Assembly (NCBI GenBank): GCA_964583625.1
Contig: CAZOVA010000003.1
Coordinates: 5,038-69,037, forward strand
Source: an uncultured Pseudomonadales bacterium
GTDB taxonomy: Bacteria; Patescibacteriota; Microgenomatia; UBA1400; PJMF01
Direction: 5' to 3'
DNA: 64,000 nt
This document shows, piece by piece, positions 58,635 through 64,000 of this stretch. Position numbers and translations under genes: made by a program. The first letter of the stretch is position 1; each line of letters opens with the position of its first letter. Below the pieces are notes generated by a model. The model was not told the origin of the DNA and did no database searches. It saw only the letters and a list, made by a program, of their open reading frames with translations.

Positions 58635-61026
58635 ACATTCTCGCTCCCATGCCTTCCTTAACTAAGTATGGTTTGTCTCCAATAGTTTTACCATTCTCAT
58701 CAGTGGCTCGCTGGCAATCAAGACAATAATAGTCCAAAAGCGGATCTTGAGCAATCATTTGCTCTCTGGCCTCTAAACCCTCTTGTGGTTCTCCTTCTAA
58801 AGGAGGGAGACCAGTTTCTGGTCTTACCCAAACTCCTTCTTTGCGCACATTAGAACGGGTGGGGTAACTTTCTGACCAAAAAAGATCTTTTTTGGTTTCT
58901 CCACAGCTACCGCCAGGAAGCTCATTGCCTTCTTCATCAAAAACTCTTTCCAATTTGGCGGCTGGTCTACCAGTCCAACAAACACTGCCCTCTTCTACCT
59001 CAGTGGGTTTTTCTGGCCAACTAACTGCTTGATCCTTTAAAAGATAAGTCATTAACTGATTCCAAATAGGCGCGGCGCCTGTTACTCCAGACACTAGGCG
59101 ACTGTTCATGGCTTTGCCATCAGTATTACCGACCCAAACGGCGATTAGATAGTTCGGAGTAAAGCCGATTGTCCAGTTATCTTTTACATCATTGGTCGTT
59201 CCAGTCTTAACGGCTACATCTTTTTCTTTAATTACTAATTCGCTTCTTGGACCAAAACCCAACCAGCGAGCACGGTCGTCACGCATAATTTGGGTTGTTA
59301 GATAGGCGCTGGCTCGATGCAAAACTGGCGTGATTTCTACTTGGTTCAAGTCTGACTGAGCAGCAGCCATTTCCTCTAGTTGCAAATCGTGAACAATATT
59401 TTCTCTGCCAGCAATATCGGCTTGATATAGAACATTTCCTTGATAATCTTCTACCTTTAAAACTGATAAAAGAGGAACTTTGATGCCTTGATTAGCTAGA
59501 GCACCAAAAGAAGTGGCCATATCTATCATCTTTACTTCTCCACCACCCAAACTCAAAGACCAGCCATAGTTTTTGGGGTCAGTCCAGGTGGAAATACCCA
59601 TTTTAGTAGCCTGGTCAATAAAGCTTTCCAAGCCAATAATCCTTAAGGTTTTTACAGCGGGGATATTAAGCGAACTGCCTAAAGCTTGCCTAACGGTAGT
59701 CGGGCCATTAAATCCTCCAGTATAATTTTTTGGACAATAAAGCGGTCGACCAATATTTTCAAAGCAGGTAGGAACATCTAAAATTACACTTCCAGGACTT
59801 AAAATCTTCTGTTCGAAAGCAGTCGCATAGACCAAAGGTTTAATCGAAGAACCAGGCTGGCGTAAAGCAGTGGTAACATTAACTTGCCCATCATGTTCTT
59901 CATCATAATAATCCTTACTTCCCACCATCGCCAAAATTTCACCAGTGATTGGTTTAGTAATTAGAGCGGCTCCATTACCCACTCGCAATCTTTCTAAATC
60001 TTCAAGTTCAGCCGACAATGTGGCTTGGGCTGTTTCTTGTAAGGATAAATCAAGAGTAGAAGTGATCCGCAGACCTCCTTTGAGGACTTTTTCCTTGCCA
60101 AATTGTTCATAAAGTTGATCACGAAGATAGAAAACAAAATGAGGCGCTTTGATTTCTATTCTTTTACTAGCATAATGAAGCTCCTCAGCCAAAGCTTGAT
60201 CGGCCTGTTCCTGAGTAATAAATTTAAGATCAATCATATTTTTCAAAACCTCCGCTTGTCTGTTTTTGGCCGCACTGGCATCACTAGCAAAAGGAGAGTA
60301 TTTACTTGGAGCTTGAGGTAAACCCGCTAAAAGGGCCGCTTCCGCCAAACTTAAATTGGCTGCCTTTTTGCCAAAATAATAATCAGCTGCGCTCCCAATT
60401 CCTACCGCTGTTCCGCCATAAGGAATATAATTGAGATACATTTCCAAAATTTGGTCTTTGTCATAACGCATTTCAGTAATAACTGCCAAAATTATTTCTT
60501 TAAATTTACGGTCATAAGATTTTTCGGCGGAGAGAAAAGCTTTTTTCATTAATTGTTGCGTAATAGTGGAGCCCCCTTGAGAAATTTCTCCTCTTGAACG
60601 GTTAACAATAAAAGCTCTAATAATACCCATCAGATCAAAGCCCCAGTGGCGATAAAATTTTTTATCTTCAATGGCAATACTCGCTTGCCCTACATAAACA
60701 GGTAGGTTTTCTAGTTTTACAAGGATTCTTCTTTCTTCATCATAAAACTCATAAAGTTTTTGGCCATGACGATCATAAAGTTGACTAGCCACGCTAAAAC
60801 GCTCATTTCCCTCTGTTAATTCTTCAGGTGAAGGTAAATCTTTTACCAGGGGCCAAATCTTAAAGAAAAAGAAACTGCCCAAAAGTAAGAAAATAACTAA
60901 ACCCGCATAAAGCCAAAGCTTTCTCTTAAAAGCTCTTCTTTTTTTGCTTTGTCTTTTCTTCCTAAAAGCGCTTGATTTTACCTTTCTGGCTTTCAGACGA
61001 GAGTTAACCTGGTCAAACTTTTTCAT
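58624..61026 (-). CDS. Class A penicillin-binding protein (second paralog)
   Basis: EDKKFYRH, GGSTITQQ, QPGSSIK, SLN, KTGT. Confidence 0.92.
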   Translation of the reverse strand: MKKFDQVNSRLKARKVKSSAFRKKRQSKKRRAFKRKLWLYAGLVIFLLLGSFFFFKIWPLVKDLPSPEELTEGNERFSVASQLYDRHGQKLYEFYDEERRILVKLENLPVYVGQASIAIEDKKFYRHWGFDLMGIIRAFIVNRSRGEISQGGSTITQQLMKKAFLSAEKSYDRKFKEIILAVITEMRYDKDQILEMYLNYIPYGGTAVGIGSAADYYFGKKAANLSLAEAALLAGLPQAPSKYSPFASDASAAKNRQAEVLKNMIDLKFITQEQADQALAEELHYASKRIEIKAPHFVFYLRDQLYEQFGKEKVLKGGLRITSTLDLSLQETAQATLSAELEDLERLRVGNGAALITKPITGEILAMVGSKDYYDEEHDGQVNVTTALRQPGSSIKPLVYATAFEQKILSPGSVILDVPTCFENIGRPLYCPKNYTGGFNGPTTVRQALGSSLNIPAVKTLRIIGLESFIDQATKMGISTWTDPKNYGWSLSLGGGEVKMIDMATSFGALANQGIKVPLLSVLKVEDYQGNVLYQADIAGRENIVHDLQLEEMAAAQSDLNQVEITPVLHRASAYLTTQIMRDDRARWLGFGPRSELVIKEKDVAVKTGTTNDVKDNWTIGFTPNYLIAVWVGNTDGKAMNSRLVSGVTGAAPIWNQLMTYLLKDQAVSWPEKPTEVEEGSVCWTGRPAAKLERVFDEEGNELPGGSCGETKKDLFWSESYPTRSNVRKEGVWVRPETGLPPLEGEPQEGLEAREQMIAQDPLLDYYCLDCQRATDENGKTIGDKPYLVKEGMGARMYGD

Positions 61027-61088
61027 CAGTTGATTATAGCAGAAAATAAAGAATTTTAGCTTTTTTCTGTTGTATAATGCTCTTCACT

Positions 61089-62075
61089 ATGAGTCAATTA
61101 AAGAAGAAACCTAGCCCTGTAAAACTTAAACCAGCCTTCCAAAACTATCTTTGGGGAGGAACTAATCTGCGCGACCTTTATCATAAAAACGTCCCTAAGG
61201 GGTGGCGAATGATTGCTGAATCTTGGGAACTATCAACTCATGAGAATGGTCTTAGTTTAATTGATTCTGGAGACTTCGCTGGCAAAACTTTAAAGTCATA
61301 TTTGGAGTATTTTGGACCTAAAGTTTTAGGTAAACGTTTCCAAACAGCTACCCTGCCTATCCTTTTTAAAATTATTGACGCAAAAAAAGATCTCTCTGTT
61401 CAAGTTCATCCTGATGATGATTATGCTTATAAGTATGAAGGACAGGCTGGCAAAACTGAAGTTTGGTATATTTTGCAAGCTAAACCAAAAAGCAGGCTCT
61501 ATTGTGGTTTTAAGAAGAAAATTGACAAAAAAGAATTTAGCCAAAGAATTAAGAACAATACTTTGACTGAAGTTTTGCAAAGCTTAGAGGCCAAGAAAGG
61601 CGATGTCTTTTTTATCCCTGCTGGCACCATTCATGCTATCGGTAAGGGTATAGTTTTAGCTGAAGTACAACAAAATTCTGATTTAACTTATCGACTCTAT
61701 GATTACGGACGCAAAGATTCCCAAGGTAAGACTAGACCTTTGCATATTGATAAAGGTTTGGAGGTGATTGACCTCACTCCTGGTTTGAAAAATAAAAAAT
61801 TCGCTCCCATTCCTCTCAAATCTAAAACTCACATTACAACTTTGGCCAATAGTCCCTACTTTGTAGTTAAAAGCCTAACTATTGACAAAGGGATTGAGCT
61901 TTTAGTTCTAGACGACACCTATCAAGCTCTTTTTGTCGTTAAAGGAAATTTCGTTTTGCATTATCAAGATCAAAAATTCCCACTGAGTATGGGAGAAACT
62001 ATTTTTCTTCCCGCTGACCTAGGCACTTATTTTTTGCAGGGGAAAGGTGAGGTTTTGTTAATCACAGATAATTAA
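61089..62075 (+). CDS. manA: Mannose-6-phosphate isomerase class I
   Basis: WGG, AESW, LSVQVHP, GKTEVW, GTIHA, EVQQNSD.TYR. Confidence 0.92.
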   Translation: MSQLKKKPSPVKLKPAFQNYLWGGTNLRDLYHKNVPKGWRMIAESWELSTHENGLSLIDSGDFAGKTLKSYLEYFGPKVLGKRFQTATLPILFKIIDAKKDLSVQVHPDDDYAYKYEGQAGKTEVWYILQAKPKSRLYCGFKKKIDKKEFSQRIKNNTLTEVLQSLEAKKGDVFFIPAGTIHAIGKGIVLAEVQQNSDLTYRLYDYGRKDSQGKTRPLHIDKGLEVIDLTPGLKNKKFAPIPLKSKTHITTLANSPYFVVKSLTIDKGIELLVLDDTYQALFVVKGNFVLHYQDQKFPLSMGETIFLPADLGTYFLQGKGEVLLITDN

Positions 62076-62100
62076 AAATTAATTAGAAAGTTTTTTAATT

Positions 62101-63396
62101 ATGTCAGCTCTGAGTTTAAATTTAACTTATGCGAAAAATTTTTTAGAAAAAGATTTTCCCGCTTCCCTTGAAGAAGAATTACTTGTGGCTCATGATAAGA
62201 TTATCAATAAAACAGGCGCCGGTAATGATTTTTTGGGTTGGGTAAATTTACCGAGCAACTACGATCGTCAAGAACTCAAAACTATTTTACAAACAGCGCA
62301 AAAAGTTCAAACTCAAAGTCAGGCAGTCATTATTATTGGTATCGGTGGTTCCTACTTAGGAGCCAGAGCGGCTTTAGAGGCCCTGCGCTCTCCGCACTAC
62401 AATAATTTACCTAAAAAAACTCCAGACATTTATTTTGCTGGTAATAATTTGAGCGCTAAGCAATTGCTGGAGATCAAAACTTTACTGGGAGAAAAAGATT
62501 TTAGTTTAGTGATTATTAGTAAGTCTGGCACCACTACTGAACCAGCGATTGCTTTCCATTTGTTAAGAAAACTACTTATCGCTAAGTATGGTGAAAAAGA
62601 AAGCGCCACCAGAATTTTTGCTATTACTGATAAAAGCAAGGGAGTACTAAAAACTATGAGTGATAAATTGGGTTATCAAACCTTCGTTGTACCTGACGAT
62701 ATTGGTGGTCGCTATAGTGTTTTAACGGCTGTCGGACTTTTGCCTTTAGCCATTGCTGGTATTGATGTTCAAGCAATGCTTGATGGGGCAAAAAAAGCCC
62801 AGAAAGATTTGAACAATAAAGAGCTGAGTAATCCAGCTTGGCAATATGCGGCTGGTCGGCAATTTTTTTCTCGTCAAGGAAAAACGACAGAAATTTTTAG
62901 CTTTTACCAACCAGAATTAAAGTTTTTCAGTGAGTGGTGGAAACAACTTTTTGGAGAAAGTGAGGGTAAAGAGGGGAAAGGTATTTTTCCTAGTAGTATT
63001 GAATTGACGACCGATCTTCATTCTTTAGGTCAATATGTGCAAGACGGCCAAAGAAACTTAATAGAAACAGTCTTATGGTTGAAAGACTCTGGAGAAGATC
63101 TAAAAATTGAAGCGGATAAAGATAATTTGGATCAGCTAAATTTTTTGCAAGGAAAAACACTCAACTTTGTCAATGAACAGGCTTTTCTGGCCACTGCTTC
63201 GGCCCATGCCGATGGAGGAGTGCCGACCTTTATTATCAACTTAGAAAAAATGGACGAACAATCTTTGGGTTATTTGTTTTACTTCTTTGAGTTTGCCTGC
63301 GCTTTGAGTGCCTATTTAAGTGGTGTTAACCCCTTCGATCAAAATGGAGTAGAGGTTTATAAGCAAAAAATGTTCAAACTCCTAGGAAAAAATTAG
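62101..63396 (+). CDS. pgi: Glucose-6-phosphate isomerase
   Basis: GIGGSYLG, SKSGTTTE, GGRYSV, QLFGESEGK, DLHSLGQ, NPFDQ.GVE.YK. Confidence 0.95.
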   Translation: MSALSLNLTYAKNFLEKDFPASLEEELLVAHDKIINKTGAGNDFLGWVNLPSNYDRQELKTILQTAQKVQTQSQAVIIIGIGGSYLGARAALEALRSPHYNNLPKKTPDIYFAGNNLSAKQLLEIKTLLGEKDFSLVIISKSGTTTEPAIAFHLLRKLLIAKYGEKESATRIFAITDKSKGVLKTMSDKLGYQTFVVPDDIGGRYSVLTAVGLLPLAIAGIDVQAMLDGAKKAQKDLNNKELSNPAWQYAAGRQFFSRQGKTTEIFSFYQPELKFFSEWWKQLFGESEGKEGKGIFPSSIELTTDLHSLGQYVQDGQRNLIETVLWLKDSGEDLKIEADKDNLDQLNFLQGKTLNFVNEQAFLATASAHADGGVPTFIINLEKMDEQSLGYLFYFFEFACALSAYLSGVNPFDQNGVEVYKQKMFKLLGKN

Positions 63397-63706
63397 GTTT
63401 TATTTTCAATAAAACTCATATCCCTTTATTTTTCAAAAAAGGATTAGTAAATAGAAGTTGTCTTTTTGTGAAAAAAACATTCTATTTTTCTTTTTAGAAA
63501 AATAAAACACCGCGGTAACCGTAGAATTAATTGATAACTCAAGGATAATCGCAGTGTTTAGCCTCACCGGGCAAGACATATAATACCTGAAAGTTTTTAA
63601 TTTGCAAGGGCTAAAAAATGACGATACAAAAGCCAATAAGAGACAAACTAGAGTAAGGAAAAAAATCTTATAAGACTATATAATTCCAGCACTTTTTGCA
63701 TTAAAC

Positions 63707-64000
63707 TCAAACAAAAAACCAATGCCATAAAAAGCGTAAAAACCTAAAGGGAGCAGTTAGTAAACGCCATAAGAGATCGGGTCGATCTTCTTCTCCTTTT
63801 ACCCAAACTGAAATTATTAACCAAAGCTGCTCTTTTTCTTTCCAAAGAGCAATTGTTTGATACAGACGACTACCTTGTTGTTTGATAAATTTTTTTTGCC
63901 CCTGCCCAAGCTCTAAAACTTTATCGGGATTGATAATGGTTTGCTCAATCCCCAAACGACTCATTTTCCTTTTACTCATTCTGCTGAGGGCGTGTTTGGT
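63707..64000 (-). CDS. DUF4258-like protein (5'-truncated by window edge)
   Basis: Frame stays open to the window end and reads TKHALSRMSKR...NPD...ISVW. Confidence 0.55.
   Translation of the reverse strand, partial: TKHALSRMSKRKMSRLGIEQTIINPDKVLELGQGQKKFIKQQGSRLYQTIALWKEKEQLWLIISVWVKGEEDRPDLLWRLLTAPFRFLRFLWHWFFV

Noticed and set aside
2102-62639. Numerous short antisense or nested ORFs in the six-frame track
   Set aside because: They lie wholly within well-supported genes and have no motifs or initiation signals; they are shadow ORFs.
63433-63701. 67-aa minus ORF or frameshifted small membrane gene
   Set aside because: TTG start without signals and no recognisable homology; a pseudogene cannot be supported.
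1-64000. Alternative genetic code (TGA=Gly as in Gracilibacteria/SR1)
   Set aside because: Conserved genes are full length in code 11, several end in TGA, and RF2 is present.

Overview
AT-rich bacterial chromosome segment, standard code (TGA used as stop). The gene set (fragmented dcw cluster, eukaryote/archaeal-type GlyRS, ATP-dependent DNA ligase, split transketolase, pilin-like gene, DUF3048, DUF5652-like, several GT-C glycosyltransferases) suggests a CPR/Patescibacteria genome, probably Microgenomates; this is inference. It carries about 55 CDS, tRNA-Ser(TGA), tRNA-Gly(CCC) and a compact ~250-nt RNase P RNA. I saw no CRISPR array, integrase or IS. Main signal: four dispersed ORFan transcription units (~2.46, 19.5, 20.3 and 37.9 kb) share a boxA-like GCTCTTTCACAA element, a strong GGAGG Shine-Dalgarno and a dedicated downstream hairpin. 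Three of them have near-identical sigma70 promoters and three have a long 5' hairpin. Many housekeeping genes instead look leaderless or short-leadered. Other points: a tandem paralogous ORFan pair, an enolase lacking key catalytic residues, MEP-pathway genes (dxs, ispH, ispF, ispE), a divergent Maf-like protein and an unannotated 37-aa membrane ORF. Family calls come from motif recognition by eye, not database searches.
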